From Oligoflexia bacterium (GTDB taxonomy: Bacteria > Bdellovibrionota > UBA1018), in contig JACMQW010000082.1 of NCBI GenBank assembly GCA_014376785.1, positions 3,499 through 67,498 on the forward strand: a stretch of DNA of 64,000 nucleotides. The letters are read 5' to 3'. Each line of letters opens with the position of its first letter. The first letter of the stretch is position 1. The notes beneath the pieces are model-generated. The model did no database searches. It was not told the DNA's origin and saw nothing but the letters and a program-made list of their open reading frames with translations. Position numbers and translations under genes: made by a program. Of this stretch, positions 47,099 to 56,758 are shown in pieces.

Positions 47099-48132
47099 TT
47101 CTTTTTTCTCCGAGTTCCGGTCCGGGGGGTATCCCCAGGTTCCGGAGCAAACGCGAGGTTAATGATTTTTTGGATGACTTCATCGTAACTCATGCCGGAT
47201 TTAATGGCGCTCAAAGCAAAGTCCCCGTCTTTTTCGATCGACGGGTTCGGATTTGCTTCGATGCAGAATATTTCGCCCGCCGGGGTGATTCGTAAATCAA
47301 TTCTCCCGTAGCCGCAAAGGCCTAAGACGCGGTAAACTTTTTTACAAATTTCTTCCAGCCGTTCAATCATGTCTTCTGACAGGTTTGCGGTGGCGGTTCG
47401 AATGCCCCATTTTTTTCGGTAGTCATCATCCCACTTCGCTTTGAAGCTCGCGAACTTTGGCTCGCCTTCGGGAACTTCCCTAAAATAAAGTTCGCGGGGA
47501 GGGAGTGCGCTCAGTCGTTCATTTCCGAGAATGCCGACGTAGATTTCCCGTCCGTCGATGAATTCTTCGATAATGACATCCGTTTCGAATCGTTCGTGAA
47601 GGTAGCGCACACGCTCTAAGGCGTCTTTCTTCGTTTCCGCAAAGGAGAGTTGAGAGATTCCTTCGGAGGCTTCTAAGTTCAGCGGTTTGATAAAGACCGG
47701 ATATTTTAAATCCGCGAGCGACTGCATGGGAGAGGCTTTCCGGCTGATGAGGAAATGCGGGATTTGGATGCGGTGGTAGGAGAGGATTTTTTTCGCGAGG
47801 CCTTTATCTTTCGAAATATTCAGCGCATTCGAAGTGGCGCCGGTATACGGAATTCCGAGCAATTCAATCAATGAGACGAGGTGGGGCTCGAATCGACGAT
47901 CCCCTCCGAAAGCTTCCGAGAGATTAAAGATTAAATCGGGTTTTTCTCGCTTCAGTTCTCTCAGCAGTAAATCTAAGTCATCATGAATTCCGAGGGGTAT
48001 CACGTCATGACCGAGACGGTTTAGTGTCGCCAGGATATGGGCCTCACTGGCCCAGTCGTCGGTTTTTAGGTATTCCGCGTATTGCTCGGGTTTGAGTGGG
48101 ATCGAGAGGTCAAAGAGCAGCACAATCTTCAT
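47095..48132 (-). CDS. D-Ala-D-Ala-ligase-like ATP-grasp enzyme
   Basis: IPYTG, DK..AK, FIKP...EASEGI, EEFIDGRE, GYGRIDLR, IEANPNP; lacks the canonical Ddl GGxSxE N-terminal motif. Confidence 0.88.
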   Translation of the reverse strand: MKIVLLFDLSIPLKPEQYAEYLKTDDWASEAHILATLNRLGHDVIPLGIHDDLDLLLRELKREKPDLIFNLSEAFGGDRRFEPHLVSLIELLGIPYTGATSNALNISKDKGLAKKILSYHRIQIPHFLISRKASPMQSLADLKYPVFIKPLNLEASEGISQLSFAETKKDALERVRYLHERFETDVIIEEFIDGREIYVGILGNERLSALPPRELYFREVPEGEPKFASFKAKWDDDYRKKWGIRTATANLSEDMIERLEEICKKVYRVLGLCGYGRIDLRITPAGEIFCIEANPNPSIEKDGDFALSAIKSGMSYDEVIQKIINLAFAPEPGDTPRTGTRRKKK

Positions 48133-48141
48133 GATGTTCCC

Positions 48142-49164
48142 CTAGACGTTTCGTTTAAATTTTCCGGTGAAAAGGTAATGGGTCACTAAAGTCGCTAAGT
48201 ACGCCGACAACTGCAGGTGAGTGTCCGCGTGCGTGCGCCCCATTCTTAATTCCAACTTGTCGCTTCTTGCGTGGAGTTTCCTCACCAAGGACTCAATTGG
48301 AAATTTTCGCTCGCCCGTCCAATAAGCCACGGAGTCGATGAGTTCTTTTCTCTGTTTTAAAAGAAACTTCGCTGCGGAATAGTCGCGCTTCGAGAGTTCG
48401 GCATCACCATTGAAAATTTTTTGGAGATCGTCGTCGAAAAATTCAGGGTAGTCGGCTGCGTTTTCGCGTTTGCGCTTCGCGTAGTACTTTCCGAGCGTCG
48501 ATTTCATTTTTCTTGCTTGGAAGGGGAGCGCCCCTTTTTCTCGGATGGGCTCCCGCGCGGCCACTTCACTCGCCAGTTCGTCGACGTAACTCAGCTTTTT
48601 CAGCGCCCCGCTCCAGCTTCGGTAAGTTTTTTTCCAATCGCCCGCTGGATCGAGCCAGACGGCGAAAGTCTCGGCGAAATCTTCGTCTGGATGGGCTTGG
48701 GCGTACCAATTATCCAGGTGTTGAACGAAGCCTTTTGAGTAGGGTTTTGGATGGTAGGTTTCCGGAGCGTATTCGGCTTCGGGCGGTCCGAAGACGTCTC
48801 TCCACTTACGGCGCTTGGAGAAGCGGTAGCCATGATCAAAGCAATGACCCGCTTCATGGCGTAAAAGTCGCTGACAGCTCTCGGGCGTGCCTCCTTCAAC
48901 GTCGAACATGAGGGCATGTTCAAGTTCTTTTAAGCGAGGGTGGGCAAGATAGAACGGAATAGAAATGGCAAGCATCCCTTCGGGACTAAACCATTCGTCG
49001 CCCAGGTAGATATCAGGCCGATAGATGAGTTTTTTCTCGGCCAATTCGGCTGCGAGTTGTTGCGAGCGGTCATGGAGGTCGCAATCCTCGATCTTCAAAT
49101 CGAGGTCACAGATTCGAAGCTTTAAAAGATCGTCGTCTTTTAATGTGGTCCAAGATTGCGCCAT
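48142..49164 (-). CDS. putative zinc metallopeptidase (Peptidase_Mx-like zincin)
   Basis: LRHEAGH, WYAQAHPDEDFAETFAVWL. Confidence 0.85.
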   Translation of the reverse strand: MAQSWTTLKDDDLLKLRICDLDLKIEDCDLHDRSQQLAAELAEKKLIYRPDIYLGDEWFSPEGMLAISIPFYLAHPRLKELEHALMFDVEGGTPESCQRLLRHEAGHCFDHGYRFSKRRKWRDVFGPPEAEYAPETYHPKPYSKGFVQHLDNWYAQAHPDEDFAETFAVWLDPAGDWKKTYRSWSGALKKLSYVDELASEVAAREPIREKGALPFQARKMKSTLGKYYAKRKRENAADYPEFFDDDLQKIFNGDAELSKRDYSAAKFLLKQRKELIDSVAYWTGERKFPIESLVRKLHARSDKLELRMGRTHADTHLQLSAYLATLVTHYLFTGKFKRNV

Positions 49165-49200
49165 GACGCTATTCTAGGCTGAAACCGAAAGGAAGCAAAC

Positions 49201-49611
49201 ATGAGCGATGTAAAGCGGACCGAGGGAGAGTGGCGTGAGATTCTGACGCCCGAAGAATACCGTGTTCTCCGTGAAAAAGGGACTGAGCGGGCTTTCACTG
49301 GGGAATACTGGAATACTTATGAACCGGGTACCTACAGCTGCCGAGCTTGCGGGGCAGAGCTTTTTCGAGCGGACCATAAGTTTGAATCTCACTGCGGTTG
49401 GCCGAGTTTCTATGACTCGATCGACCGGTCTCGTATTCATGAGACCGTGGACAACACGCATGGCATGCGACGAGTCGAGGTGACTTGCGCCGCTTGCGGG
49501 GGGCACTTGGGGCACATTTTTCCCGATGGTCCGAAACCGACCGGTGATCGTTACTGCATCAACTCGGTTAGCCTGCGATTTCAACCGCTGGCTAAGGCGC
49601 CGGGCGAGTGA
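49201..49611 (+). CDS. msrB: methionine-R-sulfoxide reductase
   Basis: GTERAF, CRAC, GWPSF, HLGHIFPDGP, RYCINS. Confidence 0.97.
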   Translation: MSDVKRTEGEWREILTPEEYRVLREKGTERAFTGEYWNTYEPGTYSCRACGAELFRADHKFESHCGWPSFYDSIDRSRIHETVDNTHGMRRVEVTCAACGGHLGHIFPDGPKPTGDRYCINSVSLRFQPLAKAPGE

Positions 49612-50240
49612 TGAGTCTTCAAACCCTCTTTCCAACGCAAATCTACCGCTCCCTTCTGCCTCTCGCATTTCGGAAACGTTGGATTCCGAGCCTCGTGAAG
49701 GAAACGAAACTCTTCCGAGATCTGGATGACGAAGGGCGAGCCTGGAGCCGCGAACACTATTATGGCGGATACACCTCTTATTCGTCGATCACTGACTTAG
49801 CTTTTCGTTCTTCGGGCTTTGCTGACTTAAAGCAGTGGATCGATCGGGAAGTGAAAAAGTACGCGAGTTCCCTCGAGCTTGATCTTGGAGCAGGACGTTT
49901 AGAAATGAGTGCACTTTGGCTGAACACCATGGGGCAGGGGTGCCATCACTCCTTCCATCTTCACCCGCTTTCCACCATTAGCGGTACCTTCTACCTTCAG
50001 GTGCCCAAAGGATCCGGAGAGTTTAAGATCGAAGATCCACGCCTGTCTTCTTTCATGGCCTCTCCCCCGCGGAAGAAAACCGCAAAACTCGCAAACCTTC
50101 GTTTTTTCTCGTTCATTCCGAGGGTGGGGGAAATGGTGTTGTTTGAAAGTTGGTTGAAACATGAAGTGACCGCGAATCAGTCGACCTCAGAACGAATCAG
50201 TGTGAGTTTTAATTATGACTGGATTCCCGCACGTGCCTAA
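49608..50240 (+). CDS. TIGR02466-type 2OG-Fe(II) oxygenase-like protein
   Basis: H..HLHP.S.ISGTFY, EDPR, FESWLKHEV, RISVSFN. Confidence 0.85.
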   Translation: MMSLQTLFPTQIYRSLLPLAFRKRWIPSLVKETKLFRDLDDEGRAWSREHYYGGYTSYSSITDLAFRSSGFADLKQWIDREVKKYASSLELDLGAGRLEMSALWLNTMGQGCHHSFHLHPLSTISGTFYLQVPKGSGEFKIEDPRLSSFMASPPRKKTAKLANLRFFSFIPRVGEMVLFESWLKHEVTANQSTSERISVSFNYDWIPARA

Positions 50241-50247
50241 AACTGAA

Positions 50248-50943
50248 ATGGCGCATTTCCCAGAAAACCTTCCGCCCGCCTGGCGCGCTAGACTATCGGG
50301 TGAGGCGAAAAAAGATTATTTTAAATCGCTGAGCAAGTTTCTCAAAGCGGAACAAAGTACGGGCGCAGTCGTTTTTCCGGAAAAGAAAAATATTTTACGC
50401 GCGGTCCAGTCTGTTGATTTGCCCGATGTTCGCGTCGTGATCTTAGGTCAGGATCCTTATCACGGGATGGATCAGGCAATCGGACTCTCTTTCGCTGTCC
50501 CCAATAACCATTTTCCGAAACCTCCGAGCCTTCAGAATATTTTCAAAGAAATTCGTTCCGACCTCGGAGTGACCATTCCTGCGGGTGTTTCGGATCTCTC
50601 CGGCTGGGTCGCCCAAGGCGTGTTGCTTCTGAACTCAGTGCTCACGGTTCGAGAAGGGGAGGCCTTTTCTCACCGCGGAAAGGGGTGGGAGATTTTCACC
50701 GATGAAGTGATTCGGTCGCTCGCGGAGCGCAAGGAGCCGATTGTGTTCATGCTCTGGGGTGCGGCGGCCCGAAAGAAACGGGACTTTTTCAAAGGAACGC
50801 CACACGTGGCGCTAGAATCTCCCCATCCATCTCCACTGAGCGCTCACCGTGGATTTCTCGGAAACAAGCACTTCTCAAAGGCGAATGAGCTCCTCCGGAA
50901 ATTTGATCAACCCGAAATTCGGTGGGAAAGAGTCTCGATCTAG
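50248..50943 (+). CDS. ung: uracil-DNA glycosylase (family 1)
   Basis: GQDPYHG, PPSL.NI, GVLLLN, HPSPLS; start uncertain (50233 or 50248). Confidence 0.96.
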   Translation: MAHFPENLPPAWRARLSGEAKKDYFKSLSKFLKAEQSTGAVVFPEKKNILRAVQSVDLPDVRVVILGQDPYHGMDQAIGLSFAVPNNHFPKPPSLQNIFKEIRSDLGVTIPAGVSDLSGWVAQGVLLLNSVLTVREGEAFSHRGKGWEIFTDEVIRSLAERKEPIVFMLWGAAARKKRDFFKGTPHVALESPHPSPLSAHRGFLGNKHFSKANELLRKFDQPEIRWERVSI

Positions 50944-50965
50944 TTTGTCCAATGGTCTGATTGGT

Positions 50966-51892
50966 CTAAACCGCAGTTGCGATCCCTTCACCAATTCGGA
51001 TCAAAGTCTCCCGACCACTAGCAGATTTTTCCAAAAGATCCGCATCGAAGGCAAATTTTCTGGGTTCTCCGATCACGATGACGGTAGACCCTCCGAAAAG
51101 GAAATAACCCTTTTCATCGCCTCGCTGGAACGTTTGCCCCGAATGGGTTTGGACGATTTTTCCGACACAAATCGCGCCGACTTCGACGTAGGCTATTTTT
51201 CCGAAATTTTCCGTTTGGAGAATAGTCACTTCCCGTTCGTTTCTAAAAAGAAGGTCTCCTCGGGCAGCAAGCGCGATCGGATTTACCGAGTGGAGGGGGC
51301 CACTCAATTTGCGACTCGAGAGAATTTTTCCCGCATCGGGAAAATGGAACCGATGGTAATCAACGGGGCAAAGTCGGGAAATAAATCCGGGCCCTCCGAT
51401 AAAGGGTTTCATCTCGGGAAAATCACCGAGGAGTGCAGGTCCGTTTAAGGTCGCGCCTTTAATCGGAAGTTTCGTATTCTCCTGGACGCTGGGCAAGAAA
51501 AGATACCTCCCTTCGGAAGGAGCGGCGAGGCGATGAGCCGATGGTTCAAAAGGACGGGCTCCTGGTTTTAACTTCCGAATAAAAAATTCATTAAAGCTAT
51601 GGAAAGGGCCACTTTCATAATCGGACATCGGAATCTCGAAACGCTTAATAAAGTCAGGAATGCTTTTCGCACTTCGTTCGGTGTTTTGGTAAGCGCCATA
51701 GAGTTTCGAAAACCAGGGCCTGCAAAGAACCGTGCTTTCCAAGGCAGCTCCGAAAGGGTTCTCGTAGAGAAACCGAACGCCTCCTTCGCCAAAAATATTT
51801 TCCGTGATGATCTGATTCTTATGACGATCAAAAACGAGCAGGTCTTTGGACATGAGATGAGCTTCGCGTTTCAGAGGCCGGACTTCAATCAA
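50966..51892 (-). CDS. psd: phosphatidylserine decarboxylase
   Basis: FNEFFIRKL, RLCPVDYHRFH, FGGST self-cleavage motif; start may be 51853. Confidence 0.93.
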   Translation of the reverse strand: MIEVRPLKREAHLMSKDLLVFDRHKNQIITENIFGEGGVRFLYENPFGAALESTVLCRPWFSKLYGAYQNTERSAKSIPDFIKRFEIPMSDYESGPFHSFNEFFIRKLKPGARPFEPSAHRLAAPSEGRYLFLPSVQENTKLPIKGATLNGPALLGDFPEMKPFIGGPGFISRLCPVDYHRFHFPDAGKILSSRKLSGPLHSVNPIALAARGDLLFRNEREVTILQTENFGKIAYVEVGAICVGKIVQTHSGQTFQRGDEKGYFLFGGSTVIVIGEPRKFAFDADLLEKSASGRETLIRIGEGIATAV

Positions 51893-53450
51893 AAGGTAGC
51901 CTTAAAAGCCTCGCTTCTCTGAAATCATCCAGACCAGGCGCCTCGCGGCCATGCAGCGCAGCGAGGGTGAGGGATAACCGGAGTGTTTTATGGCGATCCC
52001 GGAAACTCGTAAAGCGAATGGCGTCGAGCTTCTTTCGGAGATCCGGAGAACGGGTGAGGAGTTCTTCAAGATCGCCAGCTGTCATTTTCCCAGGCATCGT
52101 TCCATGGTTTTTTTTCAACCTAGCTCGGGTTTCCCAAACCCGAGATTTTGCTTCCGAAAAAGCTCGGGAAGGGATGGAAGGGTCGGGAGGTGAGCGGAGC
52201 GTAAAGACGAGGTCCAGTCGATCCAAGATCGGCCCGCTCAGCCGAGAGAAGTAGCGCGCTCGGTCCGCGGGAAGGCAGCGACACGCAGGGAGTCCGCTGT
52301 CCATGGGTGATCCGGGCACTCCTCCACAGGGACAGAGGTTTCCATTGCCGGCAAAAATAAAATCACAGGGCAACTCATAAGCCCCTTCCACTCGAGTGAT
52401 CGTGATTTTCTTTCGCTCCAGTGGCTCTCGAAGCGCCTCGCGTGCATCTCGGTGCCATTCTGGAAATTCGTCTGCCAGAAGAACCCCTCCGTGGGCGAGT
52501 GAAAATTCTCCCGGACGAAGTCGCCCCGCCGAGAAGGATCCAATGAGGGCCGCGGGTTTTGCTTGAGGGCTTACCCTTCGAAAAGAAATCGCATCGCTCT
52601 TTCCGGTCATCTCCGAAATGAAAGCGCGGATTCGGAGTGTTTCCGGCTCCAGCTCGGGTTGGAGCGCCAGGAACCATTCGAGCGCTAACGATTTACCAAT
52701 GCCTTTCGGCCCAAGGAGGAGGAAATGGTGGGCACCCGCCGCAGCGATTTCGAGGAGTCTAGCCAGCGCCGGGGGAAGCGGAAGAAGTTTAGAGTCGCTC
52801 GTGGCACTGTGCTCGGGGAGATCGGTTGCAACCGTTAGATGCGGATATTTCCTCGGATCATTTGGTTGATCGGCCGATTCCCATTCGTTGGGCAAAAGCG
52901 CATTACTCATTTCGGCAAGGTTACTCAGAGCGCGAACTTTCGGCAGGACCGTATCCGGAAAAAGTTTCCTACCTGCGTGATAGAAAATTTCAGAGTCCTC
53001 CTCAGCGATAAAAATAACATCTGCTTTTGCCAAAAGCGCCGCCGCTAATGCCCTTGCGGGCGACCCCACTCCTTTTAATCGACCACTTAAACCAAGCTCT
53101 GCCCAAGCGAATAGCCGATCTGCGACGGGAGGTCGCTTCTTCCCTTCGATTCGGTCCGTTTCTAAAATCACGGCAATCGCCATTGCGAGGTCGAGGCCTG
53201 TCCCATTTTTTCGTTCGCTTGCGGGCGAGAGATTCAGAACAATTTTTCGTTTCGGAAATTCCAACCCACTGGATTCGATCGCGGACCGAATTCGGTCTTT
53301 CGCTTCTGAAACTTCGGGTCCAGGCAGACCGATCATTTGAAAGTGGGGGATTTGAAAGCTCGAAGAAATCTCGACTTCTTGGAAGCGCGGATCAATCACG
53401 CCATTTAAGAGGGTAAAAATTCGGGGAGAGTCGGTTTCAGAAGGTCGCAT
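51885..53450 (-). CDS. comM: ComM/YifB Mg-chelatase-like AAA+ ATPase
   Basis: IGLP...V.EA.DRI, NLSPA, GPKGIGKS, PGEFSLAHGG, LREPLE, LSGPILDR. Confidence 0.88.
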   Translation of the reverse strand: MRPSETDSPRIFTLLNGVIDPRFQEVEISSSFQIPHFQMIGLPGPEVSEAKDRIRSAIESSGLEFPKRKIVLNLSPASERKNGTGLDLAMAIAVILETDRIEGKKRPPVADRLFAWAELGLSGRLKGVGSPARALAAALLAKADVIFIAEEDSEIFYHAGRKLFPDTVLPKVRALSNLAEMSNALLPNEWESADQPNDPRKYPHLTVATDLPEHSATSDSKLLPLPPALARLLEIAAAGAHHFLLLGPKGIGKSLALEWFLALQPELEPETLRIRAFISEMTGKSDAISFRRVSPQAKPAALIGSFSAGRLRPGEFSLAHGGVLLADEFPEWHRDAREALREPLERKKITITRVEGAYELPCDFIFAGNGNLCPCGGVPGSPMDSGLPACRCLPADRARYFSRLSGPILDRLDLVFTLRSPPDPSIPSRAFSEAKSRVWETRARLKKNHGTMPGKMTAGDLEELLTRSPDLRKKLDAIRFTSFRDRHKTLRLSLTLAALHGREAPGLDDFREARLLRLPFD

Positions 53451-53492
53451 GCCGAGTGGGAATGCGAACGACGTACCGAATGCGAGCGAGGT

Positions 53493-53933
53493 TTAGCTGC
53501 GTTTCTTCAAGCGACCTAGTAATTCCGTACGAGCGCGATTGATCGCCTCGGCGATCTCCGTTGCTTCCTGCCACTCCCGCGAGCCCGGACGCCCGATACG
53601 ATCTGGATGGTACTGCTTCATTTTTTCTTTGTAGGCTTTTTGAATTTCGGACTCCGAAGCCAGAGTGGAGACTCCGAGAACTTCATGGGCAGCGCCGTCT
53701 TTCACGATTCCGACCAGTCGAAGGGGAGATTTTTTTGTCTGTTCGGGCGGGAGGGGATCTCCCGGGGTGTGTCGCTTGAAACTCAAATTACGGTCCGCTT
53801 CTCGCACTTTGAATTTACTTTTAGTCGCCTCATGAGACCTGGCTCGAAGCCAAAGTAGAATAAATCCCAAGCTCATTCCTGCTTGGATCAATCCGAAATG
53901 CGACTGGATGAAGTTCAGTAGCGACTCGCTCAC
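53493..53933 (-). CDS. membrane-anchored J-domain protein
   Basis: N-terminal TM segment; EVLGV...EI.KAY...M.QYHPD; probable GTG start 53933. Confidence 0.85.
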   Translation of the reverse strand: MSESLLNFIQSHFGLIQAGMSLGFILLWLRARSHEATKSKFKVREADRNLSFKRHTPGDPLPPEQTKKSPLRLVGIVKDGAAHEVLGVSTLASESEIQKAYKEKMKQYHPDRIGRPGSREWQEATEIAEAINRARTELLGRLKKRS

Positions 53934-53943
53934 TGAAAAGATT

Positions 53944-55092
53944 ATGCGCGACTTGGGAGAGGTTGGGAACCTGATTTGCAATGAGCCTCCCGTGCTTTCT
54001 CTTCAAACTGCCTCTTTCACCTCTCTGTTCTTTGAAGCACGGTTAAGCCCTGCGCCTGCGTGCCGTGCTTGGACGGAAGCGCAGGGTTGTTTTACGGGAG
54101 TCGAGTGGCATTCAGCGATTGAAGCCATGCCGCTGATCCGGAAGTTTTTTGAAGAGGCGCGCCTTGCCGCTTCCGAGGTACTCGGGGTCGAGGGGATTGA
54201 TCGTCTCGGGATCTTTCGAAAACTCATGCTGCATGAATCGACCGGTGGACTTTCAAGATCGTGGCTGCGAGATCTTGGGTTTGTTCATCTCGATGCAGCA
54301 TCGGGAATCCATTTGTATTGCCTCTGGACCGCCGTGGACAAAACATTGATGCGGTTTTCATCGCAGTTGAAGTTCTCGCTCAGCGCGATTCGGCTCTCAA
54401 GAGGAGTCATTCCCTTTTTCTTCTTTGTGTTTTTGTGGGGATTCACTGGGTTTAGACCGGGACTGCTCCGACCTTTTCTGTTGGTGCTTTTTCGGCTCTG
54501 TAGTTCGCGCCTGGGCATTCGGTTTCGCTGGGCAGTGCCGTTGGTTTCAGCGCTTCTCGTTGACGCGCTCTTCGGATTTTTTCACGCTTACGGAAGCGAG
54601 TTTGAGTTTGATCGCTGGGCTCCCGGCGAATTGCACTATGCCCTGTCTTGGTGGGGAGGTGTTTTCGGTTTTGAGTGGGCCCGAGCGCGGGGATGGAGCG
54701 GAGCGCGAGCCCACCTCTGTCTTGGAATTTCTTCCTGGTTTTCGATTTTGCCCCTGGACCTTTGGATCGGTCATTTTGCGCCCTGGACCCCGGTTCTCAG
54801 TTTTATCACCGTGGAATTTCTCGTCCGGGGGGGGTTTCTTCTTCTCTTTCTGGGCGTACTCCTCTCTGGATTCTTCCCGAATAATGCCTGGGCCACGCAT
54901 TCCCTAGAATGGATGAGCCTGGGTTGGAATGCGGCTTTCGGGAGCATCGGTGGAATATTGAGCGAGTGGGGAGGCGATCGAAACTTGGATGAAACTCTTG
55001 GAGTATTTCTGAGCGCATTTTGCGCCATCCTGATCGTTTTGGCCTGGATGGGTCGAACTCGACACAGTCCAGATGAGGCGATGAACGTTTGA
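53944..55092 (+). CDS. ComEC/Rec2 competence-domain membrane protein (divergent)
   Basis: LGFVHLDAASGIHL resembles the ComEC G..H..A.SG.H motif; PGLLR; multi-TM; start uncertain. Confidence 0.7.
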   Translation: MRDLGEVGNLICNEPPVLSLQTASFTSLFFEARLSPAPACRAWTEAQGCFTGVEWHSAIEAMPLIRKFFEEARLAASEVLGVEGIDRLGIFRKLMLHESTGGLSRSWLRDLGFVHLDAASGIHLYCLWTAVDKTLMRFSSQLKFSLSAIRLSRGVIPFFFFVFLWGFTGFRPGLLRPFLLVLFRLCSSRLGIRFRWAVPLVSALLVDALFGFFHAYGSEFEFDRWAPGELHYALSWWGGVFGFEWARARGWSGARAHLCLGISSWFSILPLDLWIGHFAPWTPVLSFITVEFLVRGGFLLLFLGVLLSGFFPNNAWATHSLEWMSLGWNAAFGSIGGILSEWGGDRNLDETLGVFLSAFCAILIVLAWMGRTRHSPDEAMNV

Positions 55093-55152
55093 CGGCAAAT
55101 CGATTTGCGCTTTAAAGCTCCAGGCAGGTAAAATAGAAGGCTAGGGAGTTTC

Positions 55153-55995
55153 ATGCGGGGAATATCGGAAAACAGAGCGGGCCGTGAAGCCATCCGTTCG
55201 AGTCTCACGCCAAAACTATTGGCACTTTTGAGCACTTGCGCCCTTTTTTCCTGCGCGCCTGCATCGGACGAAGATTCCTACTCCGACGCGTGCGTGCTTC
55301 CGTCGGACCAAACCCAGACGCTCACGGGGAGGTGGTACCGACTTCCCGTTTTCATTTCTTTTCGCGATGGTCATTTTAACTCTTACGAGCTCGGGCTAGC
55401 CATGGACGCGGCGGACAACTGGAACCGGTTTTTCGGCGCCACTCAAGGTGTCGCAGTTTTTGATTACGGCACCCGGGCATCGCCAAGGCTCGATCAAAAA
55501 ACGACCAGCCCACCGGCTGGAGGGATTTGTTCCGAAGCCACCCCGGACGTCTCGAGGCCAGGCGGTTACCGAACTTCTCTCACGATCTTCAAACGGACGA
55601 CGTGGATTTACGCGACTTCGGCCATTGCGATCACGAGCACGTGCACGACAGCGGCCAGTCCTGTGAAGGCGTTGACCAACGCCATGATGGAATTGAATTA
55701 TCAGACTTATTTCACGTCTGGAAAACCGGTTCCGGACCTCACTTCGATTTTCACTCACGAGCTCGGGCATCTGATCGGCCTAGATCATAGCTGCGCCGGA
55801 AGCTACGATGCCTCTTCCCCGACCCATCCACCCGTTTGCTCAAATTCAGGACTCGACTCGAGTTATTTCAGCGCGGTGATGTATCCTTCATTCGCGTTCA
55901 AAAGTGATGGAGTGACCGGAATCCCCAGAAAATCACTGAATGGAAATGATCAAGGGCGAACGAGCTGCCTGTATGGTCCGAATGCCCTTAAATAG
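55153..55995 (+). CDS. matrixin (M10-like) metzincin lipoprotein
   Basis: LFSC lipobox; HELGHLIGLDH; Met-turn AVMYP. Confidence 0.85.
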   Translation: MRGISENRAGREAIRSSLTPKLLALLSTCALFSCAPASDEDSYSDACVLPSDQTQTLTGRWYRLPVFISFRDGHFNSYELGLAMDAADNWNRFFGATQGVAVFDYGTRASPRLDQKTTSPPAGGICSEATPDVSRPGGYRTSLTIFKRTTWIYATSAIAITSTCTTAASPVKALTNAMMELNYQTYFTSGKPVPDLTSIFTHELGHLIGLDHSCAGSYDASSPTHPPVCSNSGLDSSYFSAVMYPSFAFKSDGVTGIPRKSLNGNDQGRTSCLYGPNALK

Positions 55996-56068
55996 TATGA
56001 TGGATTGTGGAAGATCATGATCTTTCAAGTCTGTAGCTTTAAACCGGTAGCTTTCGAAAAGAGAGAAA

Positions 56069-56482
56069 ATGACTATCTTGAGTAGAGTAGTGGTGGGTTT
56101 TGCAGTGGCAACGGTTTTTGTAGGTTCTGCATTTTCCGTAGAACCGGCCGCAATAAAAAAGCCTGGAAACGGGCAGTATTTTCGATGGGCGGCGGGATAT
56201 CCCGGCATCATTACAAGAACCAAAGGTTGCTCTTCGCCGCTGTTATGTATCGGAACTTATGAGGTTTACGTAGAAGGATATAACGGTCCCGCGGTGATCA
56301 AAACGGGACAAGCTTTCTGCAATGCGGTTTACGAAAATAAATGTCCAACTGCACAAACCTGCGCCGAAGATGAGGCAATTACTCATCAAAAGGCGGCTTA
56401 CGTTGGCGATCCACGGGGCGATGTGAACATGCCTGATATGTATCAACGTGGATCAAAGCGCGAATCAGGAGACGCAAACTAA
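56069..56482 (+). CDS. small secreted Cys-rich hypothetical protein
   Basis: Signal peptide; C...C...C.A.....CP.A..C..D. Confidence 0.7.
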   Translation: MTILSRVVVGFAVATVFVGSAFSVEPAAIKKPGNGQYFRWAAGYPGIITRTKGCSSPLLCIGTYEVYVEGYNGPAVIKTGQAFCNAVYENKCPTAQTCAEDEAITHQKAAYVGDPRGDVNMPDMYQRGSKRESGDAN

Positions 56483-56758
56483 ATGAAAAAGTCTAATTTT
56501 TTAAGAGCGGCTCTTTTGACACTTTTCTTACTTGCTACAAATGCGAAAGCAATCGGAATACAAAATGTCAGTGGTACGGTCGATTCTTTCGATAAATCTA
56601 ATATCGTTTTAAAGCAAGAACACGGCCCAAGCCTTAAAGTCCCAAGATCTCTTTTATCTGATGAGAATGAAAAAAATCTCAAACCTGGGCAAAAGCTCCA
56701 GTTAAATATCGACCTACGGACAATCGAAAAATTAAATCCGAAGTCTAAAAATAAATAA
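56483..56758 (+). CDS. small secreted hypothetical protein (OB-fold-like pattern)
   Basis: Signal peptide; GTV.SFD...I.L...LKPGQK; abuts the upstream gene. Confidence 0.7.
   Translation: MKKSNFLRAALLTLFLLATNAKAIGIQNVSGTVDSFDKSNIVLKQEHGPSLKVPRSLLSDENEKNLKPGQKLQLNIDLRTIEKLNPKSKNK

Noticed and set aside
47095-48132. Assigning the symbol ddl
   Set aside because: Lacks the Ddl N-terminal substrate motif and cell-wall gene context
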